The notes under the pieces are model-generated. The model was not told the DNA's origin. It was given only the letters and a program-made list of their open reading frames with translations, and made no database searches. The translations under genes were made by a program, and so were the position numbers. Positions 1 through 9,540 of a stretch of 64,000 bases of DNA are shown here, piece by piece. The stretch is from a virus: positions 32,001 to 96,000 of the IMG/VR virus record IMGVR_UViG_3300045119_000370. One strand, 5' to 3'. Position 1 is the first letter of the stretch; each line of letters opens with the position of its first letter.

Positions 1-1
1 G

Positions 2-271
2 GATGAGCTTGGCGACGCCCTCGCGCCGACCAAACAGACATGGCAGTTCGACGGCATGCGCGACAGCTTCAACGCTGCTTTCGCCGCCGCTGCCGGCATC
101 CCGGTGAACGACGTGCGCATCCTGATCATTGCCGGTTCGCTCGCCACCGAGCCACGCATCGACGATAAAATTCAGTGTGAGGGGCGTTGGTTTCAGCTGC
201 GCTCGCGCGTGTCGGTCGACCCGGCGACTGCCACGTACACTTACGCCGGCTTCGAGGTGCCAGCACCATGA
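2..271 (+). CDS. Head-tail joining/closure protein (5' partial)
   Basis: Frame is open from the window start; lies just upstream of the tail-completion genes; C-terminus VSVDPATATY is typical of this slot. Confidence 0.55.
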   Translation, partial: DELGDALAPTKQTWQFDGMRDSFNAAFAAAAGIPVNDVRILIIAGSLATEPRIDDKIQCEGRWFQLRSRVSVDPATATYTYAGFEVPAP

Positions 272-435
272 GCACACTTGGTATCGTCCTCGTCGTCCTT
301 CTGATCCTGCTCGTCGTCGGCGCGTTCCCAAACTGGGGATATTCGTCGACTTGGGGCTACGGCCCTTCTGGGCTGCTCGGTGTCGTGCTCATCGTGATCG
401 TCATCCTCTTGCTCATGGGGAAGCTGAACATATGA
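268..435 (+). CDS. DUF3309-family small membrane protein
   Basis: MSTLGIVLVVLLILLVVGAFPNWGYSSTWGYGPSGLLG: two TM helices around a PxWGYSxxWGYGPSG signature; ATGA overlaps on both sides. Confidence 0.85.
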   Translation: MSTLGIVLVVLLILLVVGAFPNWGYSSTWGYGPSGLLGVVLIVIVILLLMGKLNI

Positions 436-833
436 GCGTCACGTGGAACCAAGCCGAACTGATGGCTAGGCTGCGCCCGGCGATGGCACGTGGCGTCGTT
501 AAGGGCGTCGAGCTTATTCGCAACGCCGCGATCAGTTCCATCCAGCAGGGCGGCAAGACCGGTCGTACTTATCGACGGCGTGGTGTCGTGCATCGTGCGT
601 CGGCACCCGGTGAAGCTCCCGCCAGCGACACCGGTCGCTTGGTCAACTCGATCACTACCAGTTACGATTTGGAGCAGTTGAGTGGCACGGTGCAGGCGGG
701 TACCGAGTACGCGCCGTGGCTGGAATTCGGCACCGCCAAGATGGAGCCGCGCCCGTTCATGCGGCCGGCGCTGATGGAGAACGCAGAGGCGGTCTTGGAA
801 AGCATCGCAAACGAAATCAGGACGGCACTGTGA
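432..833 (+). CDS. HK97 gp10-like tail completion protein
   Basis: HRASAPGEAPASDTGRLVNSI...YAPWLEFGTAKMEPRPFMRPA signature; ATG at 432. Confidence 0.9.
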   Translation: MSVTWNQAELMARLRPAMARGVVKGVELIRNAAISSIQQGGKTGRTYRRRGVVHRASAPGEAPASDTGRLVNSITTSYDLEQLSGTVQAGTEYAPWLEFGTAKMEPRPFMRPALMENAEAVLESIANEIRTAL

Positions 834-1294
834 CCGACGATCTCGACCTCACCCAGTCGATCCGCGATGGTCTCCTCGCCGAGCCACTGATCGCCGATGC
901 GCTGCCCAATTACGGCAGCAATGGCAAGACCATCTTCACGCGGCGGCCGGTGCCGAGCGATGCGCCTTACCCGATGATCGTGATCTCGCAGGACGTGTCG
1001 GTCACTGATCAGGACGGTATCGACCATGAGAAGTCGGTCGTCATCCGCGACATCGCCGTTTACGGCAAGAACGAGCCGGCGGCGTCGTTCCGGCAGGTCG
1101 TCGATATGGCTTACGTCGTGCGTCACCTGTTTCACAGCCGGCGTGACACGCTCTTTCCCATTGGCGAGTACAAGCTGATCGACATTCGTGCATCGGGTCC
1201 GCGTGCAGCCCCGACCGACGACTTGCAAACTGTGGGCCGCTTGGTGGAGTTGACCGTGCGGTTGGCCAAACTCGATCCACGCGCAACACTCTGA
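830..1294 (+). CDS. Tail terminator (DUF3168/gp17-like)
   Basis: GTG at 830 overlaps the previous stop; PSDAPYPMIVI motif; lies between gp10-like gene and major tail gene. Confidence 0.7.
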   Translation: MTDDLDLTQSIRDGLLAEPLIADALPNYGSNGKTIFTRRPVPSDAPYPMIVISQDVSVTDQDGIDHEKSVVIRDIAVYGKNEPAASFRQVVDMAYVVRHLFHSRRDTLFPIGEYKLIDIRASGPRAAPTDDLQTVGRLVELTVRLAKLDPRATL

Positions 1295-1322
1295 CACTGT
1301 CCCTTGAAAGGAGAAGCTTACC

Positions 1323-1805
1323 ATGGCAATCTTCGCAACAGCTGGTTCCAAAATCTTCATCGGCGGTCCCAAGGACGCCGAGTCTGGCAGCTTCGACGTC
1401 AGCGATTTCGCCAGCCAGAGTTGGCAGGAAATCGGGTGGGCCGAAGCCATCGGCGAGTTCGGCGACGAGTCGTCCGAAATCACCTTCGATGCCATCGGCG
1501 AGGGTCGGACACAGAAGCTGAAGGGCATCCGCAACGCCGGCACCATGGCCGCTCGTTTCGGTATCTCGTCCGCCGATCTCGGCCAGATCGCGCTCCGCGC
1601 CGCCGAGGCAGTGCCCAACGACTTCGCCTTCCGCGTCGACTTCAACGACGCGCCCGTCGGTGGTCAACCCAGCCATCGCTATTTCGTCGCCAAAGTGATG
1701 AGCGCCCGCGAGGTGCTCGATACGGCCAATAACGTGGTTCGCCTCAACGCCAGCTTGGGTGTCAACTCGAACATCGTGCAGGTGCAGGCGGCCGCGTCGC
1801 TGTAA
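1323..1805 (+). CDS. Major tail (tube) protein
   Basis: Strong SD (AAAGGAG); IGEFGD...GRTQKLKGxRNAG motif typical of siphovirus tube proteins; synteny. Confidence 0.85.
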   Translation: MAIFATAGSKIFIGGPKDAESGSFDVSDFASQSWQEIGWAEAIGEFGDESSEITFDAIGEGRTQKLKGIRNAGTMAARFGISSADLGQIALRAAEAVPNDFAFRVDFNDAPVGGQPSHRYFVAKVMSAREVLDTANNVVRLNASLGVNSNIVQVQAAASL

Positions 1806-1897
1806 GGGTGAGGCTTGGGTCCGACTTGGACAGCCGGTGACTTGCGCCGGCTGTTCGTGTCATAGTGCACCCTTCCTTGAGAGGAGAGGGTCAGTAC

Positions 1898-2311
1898 ATG
1901 GTAGTCAAATTGATGAGCAATCAGATCGGCGCTGGCGATGTGCCAATCACTATCGATGGTCAGGAAATGGTGCTGAAGCCGACATGGGCGGCGGCGCAGG
2001 CAATCTCGCGCATGAACGGCGGCATCATGGGGGCCATCGACAAGGTGGTCAAACTCGACATCGAAACCATCATTGCGATTGTGCAGGTGGGTCTCGGTTA
2101 CGGTATGGGCAAGCGCGCGCCGACCGACCTCGCCGAGAAGATTTGGCGCTCTGGCTTGACCGATGAGAGTGGTTTCATGGTCGAGCGCTGCGTCACTTAT
2201 CTGCGCACACTTGCTAACGGTGGTCGTCCGCCGCCTGCGCCCGAGGAGGACGAAGAGAAGGACGAGCACGAAGCCGGCAATGGTAAGGACGTCGCTAGTC
2301 TGAACCCTTAG
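1898..2311 (+). CDS. Tail assembly chaperone (gpG-like)
   Basis: SD GAGGAG then ATG 1898; located between tube and tape-measure genes. Confidence 0.8.
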   Translation: MVVKLMSNQIGAGDVPITIDGQEMVLKPTWAAAQAISRMNGGIMGAIDKVVKLDIETIIAIVQVGLGYGMGKRAPTDLAEKIWRSGLTDESGFMVERCVTYLRTLANGGRPPPAPEEDEEKDEHEAGNGKDVASLNP

Positions 2312-2655
2312 AATGGCAAGATAGTTACCAGCAGTTTCTGGACCATCTTGCCGAAGTCGCACTGGGCTGGCTGCACTGGTCGGAGGAGCAGCTGTTCTCC
2401 TCCGATATCAATTCGATCACTGTCGGCTTCACGGGGATGCAGACCTTGTTGACCAGCATCTTTGGTGACGCCAAGTCCGACGAGGAGGGCCGCCCTGTGC
2501 CGCGTGCTGCACCTCCACCACCCGCTCCAGCCCCAGTCCCGGTACCCGTGACAGCGCCAAAGATTGATTTGGCGTCACTGCCTGTTGATCAGTTGCCGGT
2601 GTTGACCCCTAGCGACTTCGACCGGATGTTCTCCGGTAACATGAAGGCGAATTGA
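2299..2655 (+). CDS. Tail assembly chaperone gpT-like segment, probably expressed by -1 frameshift
   Basis: The -1 frame is open from 2299 (SEPLEWQDSYQQFLDHLAEVALGWLHWSEEQ...) and overlaps the gpG stop at C CCT TAG. Confidence 0.7.
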   Translation, partial: SEPLEWQDSYQQFLDHLAEVALGWLHWSEEQLFSSDINSITVGFTGMQTLLTSIFGDAKSDEEGRPVPRAAPPPPAPAPVPVPVTAPKIDLASLPVDQLPVLTPSDFDRMFSGNMKAN

Positions 2656-2656
2656 C

Positions 2657-5600
2657 GTGGCGCAAGAGCTAGGCGAAGTAAATGTAGTTGTCCGTGTCGT
2701 CACTGGCGACATGGAGCAAAGCCTCGCGCGGGCACGCAAGTCGGCCGAGGACTTTTCCAACGCGTCGCAGGGGCACTTCAAGAAATCCGAAGCGGCGATG
2801 GAAGGCGCGCGCGCACAGGCTGAGCTTCTCAAGTTCGCGATGGATAAGCTGAAAGAGGCGATGGTCCTTGGTGGCGTCTCGCTCGGTATCGAGAAGGTCA
2901 TCGAGGTGACATCGGCATGGACCGATCTTAACTCTCGTTTGACCGAGTTGACCGGTTCGGGGAAACAGGCCGAGGCCGCTTTCAATCGGCTGATCGACGT
3001 TGCCAATCGTACTTACAGTTCGGTTGACCGCACTGTCGAGGGCTACCTCGAACTGAGCGAGTCACTGAAGGGTCTCGGACTGAGCAACAAGACGACGCTC
3101 GACTTCGTCGAAGCGTTGAACGATGCACTGGTGGTTTCGGGTGCCAAGGGTGAGCGCGCCGTTGCCGTGCAAGAAGCACTGACCCGCGCCATGGCGACCG
3201 GCTCGTTGCGTGGCTATCAATTGAACACGGTGATCCAGCGTGGTGGCAAGGTCGCCGAACTGCTGGCCGAGCAACTCGGCAAGACCGTGCCACAACTGCG
3301 CGAGTTAGGTAGAGAGGGGAAGATCACTGGTGACGTCATTTTGCAATCACTGGTCGGGAATATAGATGAATTGGGCAAGGCCGCCGACCGGATGCCGGCG
3401 ACGATGCTCGATGCCTTTTTGCGTGTTGGCAACTCGGTCGAGGAATTCATTTACAAGGTCGATAAAGGCACTGGCGGGACGAGCGCTCTCGCGGCTGGGC
3501 TGGTCGACGTTGCCAAAGCTATCCATGACTCGGTTGAGCCGGCTATTCGCCTGATCAACGGGTCTATGGAAGGCTTGAATAATATGATGACCGGGTTCGG
3601 TGTTAACTCGGCGGCGGCTGGTGAAATCGTCAGAGACGTTTTCGTAGTCATCATCGGCGGCGTCGCGGTGCGCGCCACAATAGCTTTGGCCGAGGCCATT
3701 GGCAGACAGCTGGTCGGGGCTGTCATGCTGCTTACTCGTGCCATGATCCTCAACCCGATTGGTCTGTTTATAACTGCCTTGGTGGCAGTGGGTGTTGCGG
3801 TCTACGAGTTGCGTGACAAGATCAAGACTGCGTTTGGCGTCGACGTCATGAAGGGGATGCAGGACTTCGGTAACGCGGTCATACGTGGTTTCCTGATCAC
3901 GTTCGATACAGTCAAATTACTGGTCGCTAGTTTCACGACTGATTTTTTGGCGACGTTTGCCAGACTGGGCCATTCGATGGCGCAGGTGTTGGTGTCTGGC
4001 TTCATCGCTGCAATGAACGCCATCACTGATTACCTTAATTCGCATCACCTCAGTGCAATCGCTGGCAATCGTATCAATCCCGACGATTTCAAATTGCCGG
4101 ACTCTCCCGCCGAGAAGTCCAAGGAACTTGATGATTTAACAAAATCTATCAATGAAGACATTCTGAAGGTGATGAAGACCGACTACATCAAGTGGTGGGG
4201 AGATTTGGCCGTTGGCGTCGATAAGGCTACCGACTCCACTGATAAGGCGGGCAAGGCGACCGAGCACATTACTGCCGAGACCGAAGCCCATGCCAAGGCG
4301 ATGGCCAAGCTCAAGTACGAATTAGACACTGCATGGTTCACGCCCGAGCAGAAGGCAGTCGCCGACGCCTTGCACAGTGTTTTCGACGATCAGTGGCAGG
4401 CGCACGCGAATGACGCTGTCGCCGTGATGGCGAAGTTTAACTTCGAAATACAACAGCAGAAGACCGCCCTCGATGGCATGAAGCAGACGGCCTTCCAGAT
4501 ACAAACCATGTTCATGTCGGCGGCCGATGCGGCGGCCGCGCAGGCCATGCACAGTGCATTCCCCGAAGACTGGGAAAAGCACATGCACGATGCCGCCGCC
4601 GAGATGGAGCGGTTCAATTCACATCTGAAGGACGCCTACAGTCTCACGCGCGATTTCACCGGCACCTTCGTGCACGGCCTCCTCGACGGCAAGACCGCCC
4701 TCGACAGCTTGAACGACGCCCTCAAGAATCTGGAAAACAAGATCATCGACATGGCGCTCGACGCCGTCGTGCAGGGCTTCTTCGCCATGCTTACGGGGAC
4801 CAGCGGCGGCACTGCTGGCAACATCTTCACGAATTTACTGGGCGCTGGCAAAGTCACCAGCGGTGTCAAAGAGGCCGGCATGTACGCGACCGGCGGCGTC
4901 GTCGGCAGCACGCCGGTCAAGAAATATCGTGGCGGGAAGCTGGCCTACGACGAGTACCCTGCCATCCTGCATATCGGTGAGCGTGTCATTCCGGCCGGTG
5001 GCGGCGAGCCGAGGATCAATCTGTCCGGCGAGCAGATGACCCGCATGTTCGGCGGCACGCCACGCTTCGACAGCGGCTTCAATGCCGCCGCCGCCGCCGC
5101 TGGTGCCTACACGGCTGGTGACACGGGTGCCCATGGCAGTTGGAGTACCGTCTCCGGTGGCGGCGGTAACGCTACACTGAGTGCATGGCAAGCCAGTCAA
5201 TATACTGGTCGTGGCGGTGGCGGCACCATGACCTTGCCGTCCGCCCGCCCGGGCGGTGGCGGCGGCAGTATCAGTCTTGGTGGTGGTGGCCGTAGAGGAG
5301 GCGGTCGGGCCGGCTCGCCTCGAATCGACCGGAGCTATATACCGAACTACAACCTCATTCGTCTTCTTCATCCGTTCGATCCGTTTGGCAACGCTGATAC
5401 ACGGATTTATCCAGAATTCGAGGCCGAGCAGGGTTGGGGTGGGCATCCTAATCCTTATACGACACCGGTATGGGCATGGCCGCAAGGTGGGGCTAACCGG
5501 TATGGTAAGGGCAACCGGCTTGATCGGCCCGAGCAGCCACCTTCCAGCTTGACCGAATGGGAACACCTTATCGGCGGCGGCTCGATCTTCCATGGTGGCG

Positions 5601-8239
5601 GCTACGTCGGCTCGACGCCGGTTCCGTTCCGCGCGCTGCCGATGAGTATGTTCATGGGCGCACCGTCCTTTGCGTGGGGGTTGAGTTACAGCGACCAAGG
5701 CAGTTACAACAACGCCAGCACCACTGGGACGACACCTAATCCGAGCTACGGCAGTTCCGGCACCAGCAGCCAGCCCACGTCGACGACGTCATACTCGTAC
5801 AGTGGTCCGGGCGCTGGTCTGAGTTCACCATCGTACTCTTACGCCTCGTCCGGTGCGAGCAGCAATGCGTCGACGTCGTACTGGTCACCTACCGCGACGA
5901 TGAGCAGTATGACACTGGGTTCTGGTTCCAGTTCCAGTTCATCGGCGTTTAGTGGTGTCAGTTCTGGGGCTTCGCTTGGTAGCGGGTCGTTCTCTTCGCC
6001 GTTCTCGTTTGGGGACTTGGCTGGGGCTGGGCGTGGCATAGCCAGTTTTGCTAATGCTATGATTTCACCAACACCGGCTTACGGCATGTCCGGTAGTAGG
6101 GGTTTTGATTCTCTTGTTGGGTCCAGTGCACTTGATACCCTTGCTGGGTTGGTGCCCACGCCGCTGGTCCGCCCCGGCACTCCTCCTCTGACTTTTGGGA
6201 TGCGGAATAGTCCGGCCGTTGCCGATTGGCAGCGAACACTGATCAGTCATGGCTACACTGTCAGTGTTGATGGTGACTATGGTCCCGAGACACTCGCAGC
6301 GACGCGGGCCTACGAGCGCGACAATTCGATGATGACCGGCGTGCCTATCCACAGGCCCGCTGGGGTTGTTGGGATACAGGACGTCATCAACGCGGGTCTG
6401 CGGACGCGCGGCATTATTTCTGGAGGTGGTTCGTTCGGCGTTCCGGGCCATGGACGTGGTCGTTTTGATTATGGTGGAGGCGGCTTTGGCGTCCCCGGTG
6501 GCCCGGTTCCGTCCGCCGGCATAACTCCAACTCCACTGCATTTCGCTGGTGGTGCGATACTGACCCCGGGGCTTTCTGATCTCCTCGCGGTCACGAACGA
6601 CTTTTCGGTGCTTGGCGATGAGATGGGCAGCTTATATCGCGGGCATGGACCGGGGAGGAGTCCGACAGGTCCGGCGGCACCAAGTTACGGTGGTGCCTTC
6701 CCTTGGGGCGTGCCCGGGGCGCGGGTAGGTTATCCCGGTGTCGGTGTACCGGCCTCGATGTCAGGCACTTTCGGCGACATACTGCATCCGCGTTTGGGCG
6801 GTGGTTATGTCGCGCCGACACCTCCAAGACCACCGGCACCTTATAATCCGGGGGCACTGCTTGCCGGTATCAATGCCCCGAATTGGTCGCTGGCTATGCG
6901 TCGTGCTGGTCTGTGGAAGCCGCCACCGAGTATTTTCAGTCCAGCACCGGGTGTTTTTCCGCCCGGCATGCCGCTGAATGTTCCGTTCCCGTCGATCACT
7001 TATGGGACTATTCCACCTTATCCGATGTTCCAGCCCAGTGCTCCCGGCCAGCCCGGAGGCGTAGGCTACGTGCCACCTCCTCCACCAGATGACAGCATTG
7101 GCGGTGTACTCAATGCGTTGGGAAGAGCCGCTGGCGCTGCTGGACGCTTTCTTAACCCGCTCACTATCTACGAGAGGATTTATGGTCCGCAGGGCAGTCT
7201 CAGTACGCCGCGTGGTGGCGGCTTGATGCAGTTGGCCGGATATTTTCCAGCCAACCCTTATGGTGGTGCCGTCGATCCGCATGGTTCACCACTAAACGCT
7301 TTTCCGCCAGCGGGGCTTTTCAACCGGTTTCCCAGCCCGTCGGGTGGTGGTGAGCAACGTTATTACAATAGGGAACAGTACGAGCGCGTTTACGGACCCA
7401 TCACCAACGAAGAGTGGCAGCAGTATATGAATGGTCGGAACGACCCTTCACTAGATAAGGGCGATGTGCCGACCAGTCGTTTGGTGTCGCCCGGCTTGTT
7501 GCAGATGGTGTCGGATATCCTACCGGGAGGCAGCGCGGGCGGAATTTTCATGCCGAGACTCAATCCTCCGGCCGCAGGGCTTTATCACGCACCATTTGTG
7601 TCCGCGATGCCTAGTGGTCTGACACCTGCTGGAATGCGTCGCTTGGGTGGTCAGTATCGTCAGCCATATGGTGAGCCGACTACCACTCTTGGTAAGGAGA
7701 TTAGGGACAGAAACGCTTTTTGGCCTAAGTCTACCCGTGACAATATGATGATACAATTACCTGAATTTCTTTATTCTACCGAGGCTTTCCGAAGACAGAT
7801 GATAGACCAAGGCGGTTCGTCATTGGGAGCGCAGTTGCATGGTGGTGGCGTCGTTGGGTCGACGCCGGTTCCACACCGCTGGGTCTCATCCAGTATATTC
7901 AAGCACGCGCCGCGCCTTCAGCATGGTCTTGCCGCCGATGAGTACCCTGCTATCCTCCATGCCGGCGAGACGGTGACCCCGGCATCCGGTCGTCCGAGAT
8001 CGTCGGGATCGCCAACGGTCGTCGTCAACACGCCGCCACAGCAGGCACCCGTTGTGACCGTCAACGTCATCAACAATTCCGGCGCTCAGGTTAATACTAA
8101 CTCGTCGCAGGAGAACGGCAACGTGCGGCTCGACATCGTACTTGATGAGATGGTCAGTGCGAAAATGCGCGATGGTGGCTCGCGCATCGCACGGACAATG
8201 TCGTCGATGGGTGCACGTGGACAACCAGTGAGGCGGTGA
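2657..8239 (+). CDS. Tape measure protein, 1860 aa, with large low-complexity insert and PG-binding domain
   Basis: N-terminal tape-measure domain (LVVSGA...ATGSLRGYQLN), hydrophobic helices, three xGGxVGSTPV motifs, and typical C-terminus (VNVINNSGAQV). Confidence 0.92.
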   Translation: MAQELGEVNVVVRVVTGDMEQSLARARKSAEDFSNASQGHFKKSEAAMEGARAQAELLKFAMDKLKEAMVLGGVSLGIEKVIEVTSAWTDLNSRLTELTGSGKQAEAAFNRLIDVANRTYSSVDRTVEGYLELSESLKGLGLSNKTTLDFVEALNDALVVSGAKGERAVAVQEALTRAMATGSLRGYQLNTVIQRGGKVAELLAEQLGKTVPQLRELGREGKITGDVILQSLVGNIDELGKAADRMPATMLDAFLRVGNSVEEFIYKVDKGTGGTSALAAGLVDVAKAIHDSVEPAIRLINGSMEGLNNMMTGFGVNSAAAGEIVRDVFVVIIGGVAVRATIALAEAIGRQLVGAVMLLTRAMILNPIGLFITALVAVGVAVYELRDKIKTAFGVDVMKGMQDFGNAVIRGFLITFDTVKLLVASFTTDFLATFARLGHSMAQVLVSGFIAAMNAITDYLNSHHLSAIAGNRINPDDFKLPDSPAEKSKELDDLTKSINEDILKVMKTDYIKWWGDLAVGVDKATDSTDKAGKATEHITAETEAHAKAMAKLKYELDTAWFTPEQKAVADALHSVFDDQWQAHANDAVAVMAKFNFEIQQQKTALDGMKQTAFQIQTMFMSAADAAAAQAMHSAFPEDWEKHMHDAAAEMERFNSHLKDAYSLTRDFTGTFVHGLLDGKTALDSLNDALKNLENKIIDMALDAVVQGFFAMLTGTSGGTAGNIFTNLLGAGKVTSGVKEAGMYATGGVVGSTPVKKYRGGKLAYDEYPAILHIGERVIPAGGGEPRINLSGEQMTRMFGGTPRFDSGFNAAAAAAGAYTAGDTGAHGSWSTVSGGGGNATLSAWQASQYTGRGGGGTMTLPSARPGGGGGSISLGGGGRRGGGRAGSPRIDRSYIPNYNLIRLLHPFDPFGNADTRIYPEFEAEQGWGGHPNPYTTPVWAWPQGGANRYGKGNRLDRPEQPPSSLTEWEHLIGGGSIFHGGGYVGSTPVPFRALPMSMFMGAPSFAWGLSYSDQGSYNNASTTGTTPNPSYGSSGTSSQPTSTTSYSYSGPGAGLSSPSYSYASSGASSNASTSYWSPTATMSSMTLGSGSSSSSSAFSGVSSGASLGSGSFSSPFSFGDLAGAGRGIASFANAMISPTPAYGMSGSRGFDSLVGSSALDTLAGLVPTPLVRPGTPPLTFGMRNSPAVADWQRTLISHGYTVSVDGDYGPETLAATRAYERDNSMMTGVPIHRPAGVVGIQDVINAGLRTRGIISGGGSFGVPGHGRGRFDYGGGGFGVPGGPVPSAGITPTPLHFAGGAILTPGLSDLLAVTNDFSVLGDEMGSLYRGHGPGRSPTGPAAPSYGGAFPWGVPGARVGYPGVGVPASMSGTFGDILHPRLGGGYVAPTPPRPPAPYNPGALLAGINAPNWSLAMRRAGLWKPPPSIFSPAPGVFPPGMPLNVPFPSITYGTIPPYPMFQPSAPGQPGGVGYVPPPPPDDSIGGVLNALGRAAGAAGRFLNPLTIYERIYGPQGSLSTPRGGGLMQLAGYFPANPYGGAVDPHGSPLNAFPPAGLFNRFPSPSGGGEQRYYNREQYERVYGPITNEEWQQYMNGRNDPSLDKGDVPTSRLVSPGLLQMVSDILPGGSAGGIFMPRLNPPAAGLYHAPFVSAMPSGLTPAGMRRLGGQYRQPYGEPTTTLGKEIRDRNAFWPKSTRDNMMIQLPEFLYSTEAFRRQMIDQGGSSLGAQLHGGGVVGSTPVPHRWVSSSIFKHAPRLQHGLAADEYPAILHAGETVTPASGRPRSSGSPTVVVNTPPQQAPVVTVNVINNSGAQVNTNSSQENGNVRLDIVLDEMVSAKMRDGGSRIARTMSSMGARGQPVRR

Positions 8240-8243
8240 CAGC

Positions 8244-8603
8244 ATGGCTGAGCTATGGCCCGATACACTGCCGCAGAAGCTGAACACGCAAGGTCACAGC
8301 TACAATCTCGGTGACCCCAGTATTCGATCCTCGCCGAGTGTGGGGCCGTCCAAGATACGACCGCGCTCGTCAGCAGTGTCCTCGCCGCTGCAAGGCATGA
8401 TGTATCTGTCGACGGCGCAGCTGGCCACTTTGAAGACCTTCTACAACATCACCGTGCGCGGGTCCGACGTGTTCATTTTCCCCGACCCGGAAGACCCCGA
8501 CAACAAGACACTCTTTTGTCGGTTCACTGGCCCGCCGGGTATCTCGGCGACGCAGGCGGCCAATATGTGGGCGGTCGGTTTGCCGATGGAGGTCATCCCG
8601 TAA
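8244..8603 (+). CDS. Distal tail / gpM-like protein
   Basis: WPDTLPQ...GPSKIRPRSSA...FIFPDP pattern; directly follows TMP. Confidence 0.7.
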   Translation: MAELWPDTLPQKLNTQGHSYNLGDPSIRSSPSVGPSKIRPRSSAVSSPLQGMMYLSTAQLATLKTFYNITVRGSDVFIFPDPEDPDNKTLFCRFTGPPGISATQAANMWAVGLPMEVIP

Positions 8604-9122
8604 ATGTCACGCCCTCTGACTCCAGCGATGATCCTAGCGTTGACCGGTCAGCAGACCGATGAGGTCTTCGTGGTGCTGGTCACCTTCTCATACCCCGCTG
8701 TCTCACCCACCACCGTATTGCGCTTTTCGTCCGACCCGACCGTGCGCCATTCGGTGACGCCATTGGTTTACAAGACGGTTTCTAACGGCCTCGATTACTT
8801 CTACGTGCCGATGGCGATCACGCTGCCCGGCGACACCATCGATTCGCCTACCAGTGCTCAGCTGAGTGTTTCGAACGTCGGCCTCGAACTGATCAACATC
8901 CTGCGCTCGATGAACGTCGGCGACAAACCGGCGTCGGTCGACATGAACCTCGTACTGGCGTCGGACCCGAACACCATCGGCTACAACATCCCGACGATGG
9001 ACATGGTCCAAGCCGATTGGGACGAGCAGTCAGTCAATCTGACGCTCAACATCGAGGCGCTCGACCGCGAGCCGTTCCCCGCCGGCAATTTCGACCCGAG
9101 TTGGTTTCCGGCGCTGTTCTGA
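8604..9122 (+). CDS. Tail tip protein (DUF1833/gpL-like)
   Basis: ITLPGD...SNV...EPFPAGNFDPSWFPALF C-terminus; synteny. Confidence 0.75.
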   Translation: MSRPLTPAMILALTGQQTDEVFVVLVTFSYPAVSPTTVLRFSSDPTVRHSVTPLVYKTVSNGLDYFYVPMAITLPGDTIDSPTSAQLSVSNVGLELINILRSMNVGDKPASVDMNLVLASDPNTIGYNIPTMDMVQADWDEQSVNLTLNIEALDREPFPAGNFDPSWFPALF

Positions 9123-9538
9123 TGGCTGACCCATTCGACGAGTTCGTCGGCATCCCGTTTCTGGACCGTGGCCGGACGGTCGAGGGTGCCGATTGCTGGG
9201 GCCTGTTTCGGCTGGCCCTACTTAAAGTCGCCGGTCTGGAGTTGCCGGCCTACGACGAGCATTATGCGTCGTGCGTCGAACGCCGGGCCAACGCCGACAT
9301 GATCCAAGGGGTGATAGGAGACTGGCAGGAGGTGCCTGCGGGGGGCGAGGAGCGCTTTGACGCGATCCTGATGAGGGATGGTCGCTTCGACAGCCACATC
9401 GCGCTGGTGACGCGCCCCGGGCGTATGCTGCACACGTATCAAGGCGGGCAATCGTGCGTCGACCGCTACCTTAACAGCCCATTCCGCGAGAGGATCGTCC
9501 GCTTCTACCGGCACCGCTCGCTGCTCAAGGACGGATAG
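9122..9538 (+). CDS. NlpC/P60 tail tip protein (gpK-like)
   Basis: VGIPFLDRGRTVEGADCWGL...HIAL...MLH catalytic pattern. Confidence 0.88.
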   Translation: MADPFDEFVGIPFLDRGRTVEGADCWGLFRLALLKVAGLELPAYDEHYASCVERRANADMIQGVIGDWQEVPAGGEERFDAILMRDGRFDSHIALVTRPGRMLHTYQGGQSCVDRYLNSPFRERIVRFYRHRSLLKDG

Positions 9539-9540
9539 CT

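Noticed and set aside
1302-1890. CCTTGA(A/G)AGGAGA motif before the tube and chaperone genes (also ~55663) as a late promoter
   Set aside because: Mostly explained by the SD itself; too few copies to define a promoter
5080-7830. TMP insert as an intein, intron or frameshift artefact
   Set aside because: No intein C/S...HN termini or homing endonuclease motifs; the frame stays open and rejoins a canonical TMP C-terminus
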